A DNA stretch of 64,000 nucleotides from Paraspadella gotoi (lineage: Eukaryota; Animalia; Chaetognatha): the NCBI GenBank assembly GCA_051294375.1, contig JBJCIZ010000744.1:86206-150205 (forward strand), read 5' to 3'. The notes below the pieces were generated by a model. The model did not search any database and was not told the DNA's origin. It saw nothing but the letters and a program-made list of their open reading frames with translations. Shown here in pieces: positions 14,273 to 33,869 of the stretch (its first letter is position 1; every line of letters begins with the position of its first letter). A program made the translations under genes and the position numbers.

Positions 14273-16234
14273 ATGAAGGTAAAAAAAATGAANNNNNNNN
14301 NNNNNNNNNNNNNNNNNNNNNNNNNNNNNNNNNNNNNNNNNNNNNNNNNNNNNNNNNNNNNNNNNNNNNNNNNNNNNNNNNNNNNNNNNNNNNNNNNNNN
14401 NNNNNNNNNNNNNNNNNNNNNNNNNNNNNNNNNNNNNNNNNNNNNNNNNNNNNNNNNNNNNNNNNNNNNNNNNNNNNNNNNNNNNNNNNNNNNNNNNNNN
14501 NNNNNNNNNNNNNNNNNNNNNNNNNNNNNNNNNNNNNNNNNNNNNNNNNNNNNNNNNNNNNNNNNNNNNNNNNNNNNNNNNNGGCAAGGCGGTTGTTTCT
14601 TGATAAAGACGAAGGAGACTTCGACACCGTCTCCTTGGCAACCGATGACGCGGGAAAAAAAAACACAAGAATAGTGAAGAAATAAAGTCGAACCTTACCG
14701 TAGACTATGCGCTTCCAAATTTACTTACCTATTTCATCCTCCCTCACCCCAAACTTTCGCCCCACCACCGCCTTACCCCGAACTCAGTTGCTCCCCAAAC
14801 TTTCGCCCCCTACCGACCAAAACTCGCGGGACGTCTGGGACCCTTATCTTGTTACCGACGCCATAACGAAGTNNNNNNNNNNNNNNNNNNNNNNNNNNNN
14901 NNNNNNNNNNNNNNNNNNNNNNNNNNNNNNNNNNNNNNNNNNNNNNNNNNNNNNNNNNNNNNNNNNNNNNNNNNNNNNNNNNNNNNNNNNNNNNNNNNNN
15001 NNNNNNNNNNNNNNNNNNNNNNNNNNNNNNNNNNNNNNNNNNNNNNNNNNNNNNNNNNNNNNNNNNNNNNNNNNNNNNNNNNNNNNNNNNNNNNNNNNNN
15101 NNNNNNNNNNNNNNNNNNNNNNNNNNNNNNNNNNNNNNNNNNNGGTCACAGGCGTCAGGGAGTTACTTTAGCGGAGTGCCGGCGCCCGGTGGGGGCGCCG
15201 CCGATGGGTCACGGCGTCGTGAAGCGGCGCCACGAACGACGTCTCGCTGAGAGAGAAGGTGCGATGACGCAGAGAGGGGAAAAGAAATTAGGGAAGGCGC
15301 AATGACTTGAAAGGAGAGTGGGAGAGGGAAAGAGAGAGGAAGAGGGAAGGGGAGAAAGGAGAGAGGCGATCTGGAAGATTGGACAGGAGAGAATTGATTT
15401 TTGATCACGATTGGGTGTAATTGTGTGCAATTGTATGCCATTGTGTGCCATTGTGTGCAATTATGTACAATTGTGTGCAATTGTGTGCTTGGCAGAATCG
15501 TAATGATGACGTTTCTTGTGTTAATTAGTTTTAATTTTTTTAATTTCATTTTAATTTCATTTACCTCTCACCTTCCTCTCCTGTTATCTATTGATAATTC
15601 ATATTTTATATTACGTTTATATATTAGATATTGATATACATGTTGATCTCGGCTCGGATCAACCACCCCACACCACCTATCTACTCTGGCCACCTTGTCT
15701 TGCCACTTCCTCCTTCCCTGCCTCCCTTCTTGCCTCCCACGCTACCTTCCTGCCCTGCCCCCATCCCGGCTTTTCTGCTCTGCCTCTCTTCCCTTCCTGC
15801 TTTCCCTGTCTCCCTTCCCTCCCTGCCTTCCCTGTNNNNNNNNNNNNNNNNNNNNNNNNNNNNNNNNNNNNNNNNNNNNNNNNNNNNNNNNNNNNNNNNN
15901 NNNNNNNNNNNNNNNNNNNNNNNNNNNNNNNNNNNNNNNNNNNNNNNNNNNNNNNNNNNNNNNNNNNNNNNNNNNNNNNNNNNNNNNNNNNNNNNNNNNN
16001 NNNNNNNNNNNNNNNNNNNNNNNNNNNNNNNNNNNNNNNNNNNNNNNNNNNNNNNNNNNNNNNNNNNNNNNNNNNNNNNNNNNNNNNNNNNNNNNNNNNN
16101 NNNNNNNNNNNNNNNNNNNNNNNNNNNNNNNNNNNNNNNNNNNNNNNNNNNNNNNNNNNNNNNNNNNNNNNNNNNNNNNNNNNNNNNNNNNNNNNNNNNN
16201 NNNNNNNNNNNNNNNNNNNNNNNNNNNNNNNNNN

Positions 16235-16271
<37 letters not shown>

Positions 16272-18766
16272 TTCCCACTAATTATCCCCTAAAACAAAGA
16301 AATTCGCGAATGAGTTTTCGAACAAACAAAAACTCGACGCGATAGAGCGAGAGAGAGAGAGAGAGAGAGAGAGTAAGGTCTAAAGACGATGGAAAAAAAA
16401 CCTATTTTTTGTTTCATTCTCAACATTTGAATGAGAAAATATACTTTTGAAAAGAAACGTAAAAGTTTAAAAAGTGAATATTTTTCTTCCCATTTTATTT
16501 TTGGTCGAACGAGAAGAAAGGGAGAGAAAGTAAGTAAGTTATTTGGAAAGAATTTGATTCAAGTAAGTCAAGTCGACATCAATATATTCTATACTTTTAT
16601 TTCAATTACATCAACTAAAAAATGAGACGGTACTCTTATACCGACGGTTAAAAATATTTTGATAAATAAGAAATAGTAATTTATTTCTAACCAATAGTAC
16701 AACATTAATTATAAAAATTTTCAATATACAGTCAAAGAAGAAAATGGCGTTCTACGTAATGAACGGAACAAAGTTTAAAACGGAAAGAGTGAGTTAAGGA
16801 AATCGGTAAAAATAATAGTTAAAAATTAAAAAAGAATTATATGGACATAACGAACTAACAAGCGTAAAAAAAAGTCAGAGAAAAAAAAAGGTGAGGCTAT
16901 AATTCAGTGAATGGGGCGACGCTTATTTCCTTACCTTCCTCACCCGACTTCTCCCCCCCCCCTTTCCGCCCCCCGACTTACCTTTTCACCCATGGAGATG
17001 AAGTCTGGTTTTTCTCGTCAACTCACAAACGCAGCCAATCAGTTTTCAGTGTCGCCAGTTCCGTCGAGGTCGTTTCACGTCGTCGTCGTCGTTCGTCGTC
17101 GTCATCGTCGTCGTTCGTCGTCGTCGTCGTCGTCGTCGTCATCGTCGTCCGACTCTAACCCAGATCCTCCTTTTACTCTCGGTGGAGTTATAACTCACTG
17201 GAACGTAAGGCTCGCGCAGGCTTCGTTTTCCCACTCTCATCATTTCTCATCTCTTCACCTCAACTCCTCAACTTCTCATCTCCTCAACTTCTCAACTCTC
17301 TTACTCAACCTATCAGCTAAATTAGTATAAATATTCTCAACTAATCACGTTTTTAAACATTTTTTAGTAACAATCCATTTCCATTTCCTTGGCTTTTCTA
17401 AACTACACAATACACAATACAGTTTATATCCAGANNNNNNNNNNNNNNNNNNNNNNNNNNNNNNNNNNNNNNNNNNNNNNNNNNNNNNNNNNNNNNNNNN
17501 NNNNNNNNNNNNNNNNNNNNNNNNNNNNNNNNNNNNNNNNNNNNNNNNNNNNNNNNNNNNNNNNNNNNNNNNNNNNNNNNNNNNNNNNNNNNNNNNNNNN
17601 NNNNNNNNNNNNNNNNNNNNNNNNNNNNNNNNNNNNNNNNNNNNNNNNNNNNNNNNNNNNNNNNNNNNNNNNNNNNNNNNNNNNNNNNNNNNNNNNNNNN
17701 NNNNNNNNNNNNNNNNNNNNNNNNNNNNNNNNNNNNNNNNNNNNNNNNNNNNNNNNNNNNNNNNNNNNNNNNNNNNNNNNNNNNNNNNNNNNNNNNNNNN
17801 NNNNNNNNNNNNNNNNNNNNNNNNNNNNNNNNNNNNNNNNNNNNNNNNNNNNNNNNNNNNNNNNNNNNNNNNNNNNNNNNNNNNNNNNNNNNNNNNNNNN
17901 NNNNNNNNGGAGAGAGATCGCATCCTCTCCATCACTCTAATTCCCATATCTCGTTTCTTATCCCCCTTCTTTCTCCACCCACCACGCCAACCGTCGCTCC
18001 TCCTCCATACCGCACGCTCCACGCCGACAAGCTGTCCTCCTCCAAAGCAAGCCGCCGAGGAGTTCCGGGTGGGAGGGAGTTTTTATGCCCTCTTACCTCA
18101 TCCCCCCAGCCCGCACTCGCCTTCCCGCCCCTCATACCGCCTCAAACAAGCGAGCCATCTCAGGTCTTTCTTTTCGCATTTCGAACACACTTCACCCTGC
18201 GAGTTTCTTCCCAGTTTCCACTCAGCGCCAGCTTGATCCAAGAGACAAAGACGGAATCCTCGCGAGGAGTATGAGAAAACGACAGAACGACGAACCAGAC
18301 CACGACGACCGACGATGACGACGACACAGACGACCGGAACCGTCGTCATGGAAACCAACATTACGTCAACGACCCGAACGCGAAGCTCGAAATGGAAGGG
18401 GGGGGGCGGGGTGGAAAAAAGTGATGGAACTTTGCTTGGGGTGTTGAGGGAGGAGTGATTGGAAAAGGGGGGCGGGTGGGGTGTGGAAGCGAACGGCGTT
18501 TATCTTTAAAAGGGAAATGGAATTTATAGATAAAATCATCTAAATCAAATCGCTTATACATTTAAATATAATCTTCAAGTTTCTCTTTTTCTCGCACAGG
18601 AAGCATTCTCCTTCGTTCGCTTCCGCCTTTGCTTCGCCCCAGCGTTCGCCTCCGCCTACGCCTTCTACTTCGCCTTCGCCACAGCGTTCGCTTCCGCTGT
18701 CGCCTCCGCCCCACTACTCCGAACCAAGGTCGACTTCCGCTCGAAGTCAAGACGTCGAAAACTTAA
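14273..18766 (+). CDS. Putative fragmented multi-exon gene of unknown product (Ser/Pro-rich 3' end)
   Basis: Acceptor ttttgcag before 14251, then ATG AAG|gtaaaa. GC-rich exon-like islands at ~16990-17204 (ending WN|gtaagg), ~17990-18068, ~18163-18400, and from cacag| at 18600 (KHSPSFASAFASPQRSPPPTPSTSPSPQRS...KTSKT*). Gaps prevent a full model. Confidence 0.3.
15420..15488. repeat. 10-bp tandem repeat (TTGTGTGCAA-like, about 7 copies)
   Basis: ttgtgtgcaa/ttgtatgcca/ttgtgtgcca/ttatgtacaa units read directly. Confidence 0.85.
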
Positions 18767-19260
18767 AACTTAAAAGTCCAGTCCCTTCATTGAATCATTC
18801 CCAAATTTTTCGCGATGCCCAATCGAACGTAACCGGTTTTTTTTAGGGTTTTTTAACTCTTTGTCACTTAAATGAATTGAAGTGAATCCATCCTCTTCCT
18901 CTAACTATTCAATATCCAATTTATATATCCTGTACGTGAGCGAACCCGGGCTTAATGTTAATCGAATCGTGGTCTGTCTCTTCTTCCCTCTTTCTCCTAC
19001 TCTGTCTGATAAAGATCGCTAGTCACATGGATAAGTTTCTTTGTAATTTAAACAAGGCAACTCCTTTAATAAATTAATTGACAAGCAATTCGTCGAAAAA
19101 AAAAATGTTTGAAAAACAAAAAGATACGCAATGAATTTCATCGAAATGGGCGCAATTTTTTTCCCGGCCGTCCACCGAACCCGCCGCAACCTCGGACCCC
19201 TCAGCACCGAAGGCCACCGTCTCCCACTCTTCTCGGATCCCTTTTCTCTCAACTCGTCCT

Positions 19261-24600
<5,340 letters not shown>

Positions 24601-24699
24601 GGTGGTTTATGGTTGGGTGGTGTTAGGGTTATAAGGGTTTAGGGTTAGGGGTTAATAATGTATTTTTTTAAATAAGATATTTTTGAAGGGGTTTTTCAA

Positions 24700-26606
24700 A
24701 AAAGACGCCAAAACGGCGGTCTGGCGTGTTAGAGGGTGATTGTTGTGGGACGATGCCCGGCGGGCGCCGGCCGGGGCCTGAGAAGCACGAGGCCCTCTAA
24801 CGTATGAACTACAATGTCAGTTAAACCGACACGGCGGGCACGGTCGACCACAATGTTGCCCACTCATTATAGGATCTGCGAATATGAATATACCAAGAGA
24901 TACGGGGACGCCAACCAGATTAGGACTAGCACTCGAACACGTACTTTCTATGATAAATACACGAGCTATGCACACAGAAACTGAAGGAACAAGTTATGAA
25001 TAAACAGTGAATATCATTGAATATAAATATGAATATCACATGTCGGTAAAGTTCAGAGTTCTTTGGAGATTCCTCTTCACGATTTCCGTCTCCATCAGGC
25101 GAAAGTAAAATTTAAGCCTCCTTGCCCAAATGTTTTGCGCTTTTCTTAAATTAACCCCCCCCCCCACCCTACTCGAAACCGGCGCCAACTCCCACGTAAG
25201 GCTTGAAACTGTCACGGAGGCGTAGTATGAGTATCTTTGGCGAAGGCGTCGACGGCGGATCTGGAGAGCCGAACATACTTTCCAGTCGTAGACGACGGAA
25301 AACCGGTCGGTCGTAAATCGNNNNNNNNNNNNNNNNNNNNNNNNNATCCTCATTCGGTGGATGTATGTACAGGGATTGAGGCGGGGAGCGATTCAGACGG
25401 TGGTGGAGAAGGTGGCAGGGATATCAGGTGGGTTTTGGGGTGGTTGTTTAGGGTTGGGGGTGGTGTTAGGTTGATAGGGTTTAGGGTTAGGGGTAATTAA
25501 GTAATTTTTTTTTTTTAAATATAGTATTTTTTGAAGCGGGTTTTTCAAAATAAGACGCCAAAAGGCGGTCGGTGGCGTGTATGAGGGTAGGGTGATTGTT
25601 GTTGTGGAGCGATGCCCGGCGGGCGCCGGCCGGGGCTGAGAAGAACACGAGAGACCCTCTAACGTATGAACTACAAGTGTCAGTTAACCACACGGCGGCA
25701 CGGTCGCAGGTCCAAATGTGCCCACATTGCTTTTTATTATAGGATCTGCGAATATGAATTACCAAGAGAATGGGGACGCCAACCAGATTAGGACCAGCAC
25801 TCGACACACGTACTTTCTATGAAATAAATACACGATGCATCACGAAACTGAAGGAACAAGTAATATGAATAAACAGTGAATATCAATGAATATAAATATG
25901 AAATATCACATGTCGGTAGAAGTTAGAGTCTTTGGAGATTCCTCTTCACGATTTCCGTCTCCATCAGGCGAAAGTAAAATTTAAGCCTCCTTGCCCAAAT
26001 GTTTTTGCGCCTTTCTTAAATTAACCCCCCCCCCCCCCCTAACTGAAGCCGGCCGCCAACCTCCACGTAAGGCTTGAACTGCACGGAGGCGTAGTATATT
26101 TGCCTTGGCGAAGGCGTCGACGGCGGATCTGGAGACCGAACATCTTTCCAGTCGTAGACGACGAAAACCGGTCGGTTCGTATATCTTCGTGAATCCGCGG
26201 ACAGAGATTCCTCGTACTCCTTTCCTCGGCGGCCGACGAGTGCATCGTCGGTGTTTGAAGTCGTCGGGGAGTTTGTGGTGGTCGTCGGTCGCGGTGTCGG
26301 TCGGTCGGTCGGTCGGTGGGTCGGGTCGGTCGTGTCGGTTATTTAGCGTCTCGAGAATGTGAACGATACGAAGAAGAAAACGAGGGTAGAATTTATTTAT
26401 GCTCATAAAGAGCGAAGTCTTGTAGCGTCTGTGATTGAATTCGTCAATTGATTGTAGCGTCTATGCTGCTATGTTAATTATGTTATTATACTTTTTTCTA
26501 GTTAGGGAGTAATTTAACATATCGTGGATCGCGGATCGTACCATGGAGACTTCGTAATCCGCGGACAGAGATTCCTCGTCCTCTTCCTCGGCGGCCGACG
26601 AGTGCA
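24700..26606 (-). CDS. Candidate upstream exons (N-terminal extension) of the TPI-like gene, present as noisy duplicated copies
   Basis: A consensus of the two copies reads MHSSAAEEEDEESLSADYEDIRTDRFSVVYDWKDVRSPDPPSTPSPRQIYYASVQFKPYVELAP | KAQNIWARRLKFYFRLMETEIVKRNLQRL..; same strand, directly upstream. Indels differ between copies, so the join is not proven. Confidence 0.4.
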
Positions 26607-27259
26607 TCGTCGGTGTTGAAGTCGTCGGGGAGTTTGTCGGGTCGGTCGGTCGGTCGGTCTGTCTGTCGGTCGGTCTGTCGGTTGATTTAGCGTCTCGAGA
26701 ATGTGAACGATACGAAGAGAAAACGAGGGTAAGAATTTATTTTATGCTCAATAAAAGAGCGAAGTTCTGTAGCGTCTGTGATTGAATTCGTCAATTGATT
26801 GTAGCGTCTATGCTGCTATTTAATATTTATTATACTTTTTTCAGTTAGGAGTAATTTAACATATCGTACGCGGATCGACATAATTCGACTACTTTTTTTA
26901 AAAGTTTTTGAAAAGTCAAAACAATAAATTACCGGAACCAGATTCAAAGCCCAAGAAGTTAACCCTTGCTCTCTGCTCGATCGGGGCTTAGTCCTCTTTC
27001 TTCATACTTGTTCGTACAAAGACTTGGCTCGTCCGTACCAAGACGGTCCTTCCGGTTCGTACGAACTCGTAAACTCCAAAAATAACTTCGTCGCAAGGAA
27101 GGCAGAAAAAAAAAGGAAACTCGTATTCATGTGGAAGAACTAATAAAAAAGAAAAAAGAAAACGCCTTTTTTTCNNNNNNNNNNNNNNNNNNNNNNNNNN
27201 NNNNNNNNNNNNNNNNNNTTCTCTCTCTCTTCTCTCTCTCTTCTCTCCTCTCCTCTCTC

Positions 27260-27312
<53 letters not shown>

Positions 27313-29075
27313 TCCTCGCTCTCGTGGCGTTAACGATGTCCGCCCTGCGGCAGAAACGGTTAAAAGCAGCTAAATGTCGTTCCTAGTCTCCTCTCTCTTC
27401 TCGTCTTCTCTCACTCTCTCTCTCTCTCTCATTCTCATCTCTCTCTCTCTCGCTCTCGTCACTCTCTCTCTCTCTCTTCTCTGCGGTATCACTGCAAACG
27501 ACGGGACGCCAGCCCTACCGGTTCGAGTAGGGCAAATTGCATCAAAAACGCGTTGATATTAACCCTAATTTTTTGTGAATTCCTGATATAATGGTAAATT
27601 ATAGTGCAACCTGCTGTGGTTAATTTGTCCTCATTTTTCGATTGGTCGAAAATAAATTAACCAAATACAAAAAATAAACATTAGTGTGTTTATTACCCAT
27701 GGTACTTTATCCCCGAATAGTGTTCTTCACTCTCCCTTCCCCTCTCCTCTCTCCTCGTCTCTCGTCACTTCCCTCTCTCTCTCTCTCTCTCCTCACCTCA
27801 CACCCGACAGCGCCGCGGGTGATGTATGAGCCATGAAATGCCGGAGCCTCAGAAATGGATCATCTAATCCATACATAAGGATCAATGAGTTGGCAAACGA
27901 GGTGCGAACGAGGAGCCGTTATGGAGGCTGCAGGAAATCAGTCAGGAATGACATTTGTCAGAAACTTGATGGGAACGTGGATGAGGGCGGGTTGGAGGGG
28001 AAGGGGGGGGACGTAAAGTGGGGTGGAAAGGGAAGGGGGAGAAAAGAGAGAGAGAGATCATTGGACAAGACAAAGATCAAAAAGAAAGTGAGAACCAAAC
28101 AAAAGGAACTCAAGAAAACCAAGCATTTGGTTCATAACGACGTAAACAAGGATAAAAGTACTACGGTCCCGCTTGGAGCTCTTATTATTCCACCGCAATC
28201 TTAAAATAGGAAAGAAATACATCCTATCGCGAATATTGTTTATTAAATTGTTGCCCTTACTAAAACTGACTCTTAACTGACTCTAACTCTTAACAAATTA
28301 AGGCCAAAATGTAAACAGCTAACTTCAAATATTAAAAACTAACAAACTTTTGAAAAAGCATCAACTTGATTCAAACAAACAAACAATTCAAACAAACAAA
28401 CTTTCGAAAAAGCATCCACGTGATTCATATTTATACATAAAAGTATTAATTCTTCCCCCGAGGAAAATTTTCCTGAAGAGACGAAGCATCGAGCCGACCG
28501 AAAAAAAAGTAGACGAGAGAGAAACGGGGGAAGTAATGGCNNNNNNNNNNNNNNNNNNNNNNNNNNNNNNNNNNNNNNNNNNNNNNNNNNNNNNNNNNNN
28601 NNNNNNNNNNNNNNNNNNNNNNNNNNNNNNNNNNNNNNNNNNNNNNNNNNNNNNNNNNNNNNNNNNNNNNNNNNNNNNNNNNNNNNNNNNNNNNNNNNNN
28701 NNNNNNNNNNNNNNNNNNGAGAGAGAGAGAGAGAGAGAGAGAGAATGATAAATGACGTTCGGCGACGAAGTAGCGGGTTGTAAGACTTGTCATGTTGAAG
28801 CTCTCTCTCTCTGTCTCTTTCCGTCTCTCTCCGTCTCTCTCGCCCACTTTGCTCGTTATGCGTGCGGAGAGTTAAGAGGGGAGAGTGAGTATCGTTCGAG
28901 ATATGAGACGGTTAGATGGAGCCAAGGGGAGACAGAGAGAGGTAGAGGGAGAAAGGGAGACAGAGAGGGATAGAGAGGGAGACAGAGAGGGAAACAGAGA
29001 GAGATAGAGAGGGAGAGGGAAAATGGTAAAGAATGAGGGAAAAAGGAGAACTACATCCCTCAACCACTCTCTCTC

Positions 29076-29106
<31 letters not shown>

Positions 29107-29790
29107 NNNNNNNNNNNNNNNNNNNNNNNNNNNNNNNNNNNNNNNNNNNNNNNNNNNNNNNNNNNNNNNNNNNNNNNNNNNNNNNNNNNNNNNNNNNNNN
29201 NNNNNNNNNNNNNNNNNNNNNNNNNNNNNNNNNNNNNNNNNNNNNNNNNNNNNNNGAAAGAGAGTAGAGAGAGAGAGAGAGAGACGAGAGAGAGAGAGAG
29301 TAGGAGAGAGAGCTGGAAGTGAAGAGAATATCCGAGGGTAAGTAGTCGAGTACACGCAGATAGGATGGAGTAAGTGAAAAAGGACCGACGACCGACAGTT
29401 TGAGATCATCTTAATTTGCTTAAGAAGAAACATTTGACTCGTTCCTTTCACACTGTATTGCTTTCTATCATTATTTAAAATTAAACTTTAAACATGACAT
29501 AGTCTGAGATTCATCCAAAACAACGAAGCAATCAACACTATTTTTAACAAAGAAGTGGGATCATCAAAATGGCCGACCGTCTTTCTTAACTGCCGAAGTT
29601 TAAAAAAAAAAAACTTTCTCGAACTTTCTCTGAACCGTCACGTCAAAATGGGACGGTAGACGCCCTACGTCTGCGTAAAAGTCGCGCTTTAAAGACCGAC
29701 CCACCGGTTGCCTAAAAGAGCGTGAAGCGGTGAAAGTCAAAATAGAAAGTCACTCTCCAAAAAAAAAGGGTTCGTGACGAGATTTTGCGC

Positions 29791-29836
<46 letters not shown>

Positions 29837-31214
29837 CCTCTTTCTCTCTCTTTCAAAATGTCGATATCGACGGAAGCAAAGAAAGTTTGTTTGTTTATAT
29901 TCAACCACGAGACTTAATCGATTCTCGGATAATTTCGGGCGGCGGTTAACTTAAGGGTTAAGTTTTAACTTGGCTTCTCATTGTTCATTTGTTCGTCGTT
30001 GATTCGATTCTCGGTCACGAGATTTTGAAACCTTTCGTTCAAAAACAAACGAGTCGGTTACTAAAAATTAATTAATCTGATTAGTTGCTCCGAATTATTA
30101 CAATGGCGAACAAAGTTTCATGAAAATGAAATAATACGATTAATACAACTGTATAAGTGTTAAAAATTGTAACAAAATCCGTTTTCCAATTCGAAAAAAT
30201 GGCGAAGTCTTTATTTTTTTTAGGGGGGGGGATACTAACTAAATTTTAATAATTTCGGAATTCAACTTCGGAATGCTAATCCCCCTTATGACCCACGTTC
30301 ATTAAAGCCTTACAACACCCCCCGCCCCCCNNNNNNNNNNNNNNNNNNNNNNNNNNNNNNNNNNNNNNNNNNNNNNNNNNNNNNNNNNNNNNNNNNNNNN
30401 NNNNNNNNNNNNNNNNNNNNNNNNNNNNNNNNNNNNNNNNNNNNNNNNNNNNNNNNNNNNNNNNNNNNNNNNNNNNNNNNNNNNNNNNNNNNNNNNNNNN
30501 NNNNNNNNNNNNNNNNNNNNNNNNNNNNNNNNNNNNNNNNNNNNNNNNNNNNNNNNNNNNNNNNNNNNNNNNNNNNNNNNNNNNNNNNNNNNNNNNNNNN
30601 NNNNNNNNNNNNNNNNNNNNNNNNNNNNNNNNNNNNNNNNNNNNNNNNNNNNNNNNNNNNNNNNNNNNNNNNNNNNNNNNNNNNNNNNNNNNNNNNNNNN
30701 NNNNNNNNNNNNNNNNNNNNNNNNNNNNNNNNNNNNNNNNNNNNNNNNNNNNNNNNNNNNNNNNNNNNNNNNNNNNNNNNNNNNNNNNNNNNNNNNNNNN
30801 NNNNNNNNNNNNNNNNNNNNNNNNNNNNNNNNNNAGAGAGAGAGGAATAGAGAGAGAGAGAGAGAGAGATTTGTCATCTGGATTAAACGGGAGATTTTTG
30901 TAGTTCGAAGTTAAGGCTCGTTAATGAGGAATGAATTTCTTAAAAGGGTCGCACAAAGGATTAAATGATTTTTTTGGTATAATTTTTAAATTGGAATTAG
31001 TCAAAACCTCAGCAATTCATTATATAAATTGAAGCTACAATTACCATATCAAATGAATTCGACGAGTTCATTAATTTTTTTAGGCTTTCATAAAAATGAT
31101 ATAACTAGTATATGTCACCATTATCTTTTATTTATTTATGAATCTTTTCCTTTCATTTTCTACTTCTCTCCCTCCCTCTTCCCGCAATAACAACAAAACA
31201 AAAAAACCCGTCGT

Positions 31215-31246
<32 letters not shown>

Positions 31247-31929
31247 TTTCGCTGTTGTTGTGGTCTCGATTATGGCTGTTGTAGTCGAAGCCATTAGTGC
31301 GCATTTTATCGCAATTTCCTCGACTTCTTCCCGTTTCCAACCGACGAGCGAATTCAATCCTCGTCCCGCGTCGGGCGCCCGACAGAACCCGACGCCCGAC
31401 GGAATTCCCCGACAGCGGCCGACAACCGACAGCCGTGAAAAATGATCTTTTATTTCTAACCGGCGCTTATGAGGATTGTGTGTCCGACAGAGGGCGCCTT
31501 GGCGCTCTTTAGCTAGAGCCATATCTGTGTTGCTTCGTTGTTCTCTGTTTTGTTTTTTTTTCNNNNNNNNNNNNNNNNNNNNNNNNNNNNNNNNNNNNNN
31601 NNNNNNNNNNNNNNNNNNNNNNNNNNNNNNNNNNNNNNNNNNNNNNNNNNNNNNNNNNNNNNNNNNNNNNNNNNNNNNNNNNNNNNNNNNNNNNNNNNNN
31701 NNNNNNNNNNNNNNNNNNNNNNNNNNNNNNNNNNNNNNNNNNNNNNNNNNNNNNNNNNNNNNNNNNNNNNNNNNNNNNNNNNNNNNNNNNNNNNGTTTTA
31801 ATAACTCTGTCTCTCTCTTTCTATTATATCCCCTTCCACTCTGTCAATGACATTCTTTTCTCACTAAACCCCGCCCCCCATATTCACACACTCCCACAAA
31901 AAAAAAGAGAAGGAAACGTCCCCTGATCT

Positions 31930-32010
31930 CAGATTGCGACGCCATCTTGTATCGCCACGCCCCCTCGATCCGCGCCCTTCGCTCCCAACCGGAAATGATT
32001 CGATCTCGAT
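31930..32010. promoter_or_regulatory. Housekeeping-type promoter motifs (YY1, KLF/Sp, ETS)
   Basis: CGCCATCTT near 31940, GCCACGCCCCC near 31954 and ACCGGAAAT near 31988 within 60 bp. Confidence 0.35.
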
Positions 32011-33785
32011 CCGTGAGCGGGAATGAGAGGAGGANNNNNNNNNNNNNNNNNNNNNNNNNNNNNNNNNNNNNNNNNNNNNNNNNNNNNNNNNNNNNNNNNN
32101 NNNNNNNNNNNNNNNNNNNNNNNNNNNNNNNNNNNNNNNNNNNNNNNNNNNNNNNNNNNNNNNNNNNNNNNNNNNNNNNNNNNNNNNNNNNNNNNNNNNN
32201 NNNNNNNNNNNNNNNNNNNNNNNNNNNNNNNNNNNNNNNNNNNNNNNNNNNNNNNNNNNNNNNNNNNNNNNNNNNNNNNNNNNNNNNNNNNNNNNNNNNN
32301 NNNNNNNNNNNNNNNNNNNNNNNNNNNNNNNNNNNNNNNNNNNNNNNNNNNNNNNNNNNNNNNNNNNNNNNNNNNNNNNNNNNNNNNNNNNNNNNNNNNN
32401 NNNNNNNNNNNNNNNNNNNNNNNNNNNNNNNNNNNNNNNNNNNNNNNNNNNNNNNNNNNNNNNNNNNNNNNNNNNNNNNNNNNNNNNNNNNNNNNNNNNN
32501 NNNNNNNNNNNNNNNNNNNNNNNNNNNNNNNNNNNNNNNNNNNNNNNNNNNNNNNNNNNNNNNNNNNNNNNNNNNNNNNNNNNNNNNNNNNNNNNNNNNN
32601 NNNNNNNNNNNNNNNNNNNNNNNNNNNNNNNNNNNNNNNNNNNNNNNNNNNNNNNNNNNNNNNNNNNNNNNNNNNNNNNNNNNNNNNNNNNNNNNNNNNN
32701 NNNNNNNNNNNNNNNNNNNNNNNNNNNNNNNNNNNNNNNNNNNNNNNNNNNNNNNNNNNNNNNNNNNNNNNNNNNNNNNNNNNNNNNNNNNNNNNNNNNN
32801 NNNNNNNNNNNNNNNNNNNNNNNNNNNNNNNNNNNNNNNNNNNNNNNNNNNNNNNNNNNNNNNNNNNNNNNNNNNNNNNNNNNNNNNNNNNNNNNNNNNN
32901 NNNNNNNNNNNNNNNNNNNNNNNNNNNNNNNNNNNNNNNNNNNNNNNNNNNNNNNNNNNNNNNNNNNNNNNNNNNNNNNNNNNNNNNNNNNNNNNNNNNN
33001 NNNNNNNNNNNNNNNNNNNNNNNNNNNNATCCCGCGGAATTTTACACGGACGAGGCGTGACTGGGACCAATGAGAAGTGAGATGTGCCGCCGATGAAAAG
33101 ATTTATTTTGTTAGATGTTTAGAAGAATTCACGAGTTAATTTACGATACGCGGTGCACCTAAAAATCGAAAATCGAAATGTTTGACAGAAAAGAATTTTT
33201 TTTAAAGTCTGCTAAAAATAAATAAAATAAACAATACTAAAAATCTATCGCTGACACGGATAATAGCCGTTGGTTTTCGCATTACATTAGTCAAAATAAA
33301 ACTTCGAAACCAAGAGAAAGAAGTCTTTCAGATACGCTGAGAGGGAAGAAAACTTATCTGCAGCCCGAATTAGAGACATAGAACATGACATACGTAATAA
33401 CATCAGTAGCCTTAACAGATTACCCATTCTCAATAGAGGAACAATTCTGTAGCCAGTGTTGCCTTACCCATCGGCGAGAAAGGAAGAAAACGCACAAATC
33501 TGTAGCCTTACCCGTCGGCGAGAAAGGACAAGACGCCCGAGCGAATAATTTACGGTAATCGTTAAAATCCTGGGAGAATCTTTGTTCCTCGTTTACTCCG
33601 TCCACCCCTGCCGCCACGCCCCCTTTCCCAAACCCTCCCCCCATCTCCATCCACCCCTGCCGCCACCGCCCCTTTCCCAACCCTCCTCAACCTCAGATCC
33701 AGAGTCTCGCCGATCTCCGCGTCTCCGAAGGCGTGGAATTTTTTGTTTTTCGTTTGTTGAGTATGAAATAAAAAACCGTTTACTG

Positions 33786-33869
<84 letters not shown>

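Noticed and set aside
24620-25495. TTAGGG-like telomeric motifs
   Set aside because: Only two or three imperfect units in a G/T-rich intron, duplicated by the local assembly redundancy.
27833-28204. 123-aa ORF MKCRSLRNG...
   Set aside because: No recognisable domain; runs into low-complexity sequence in a noisy region.
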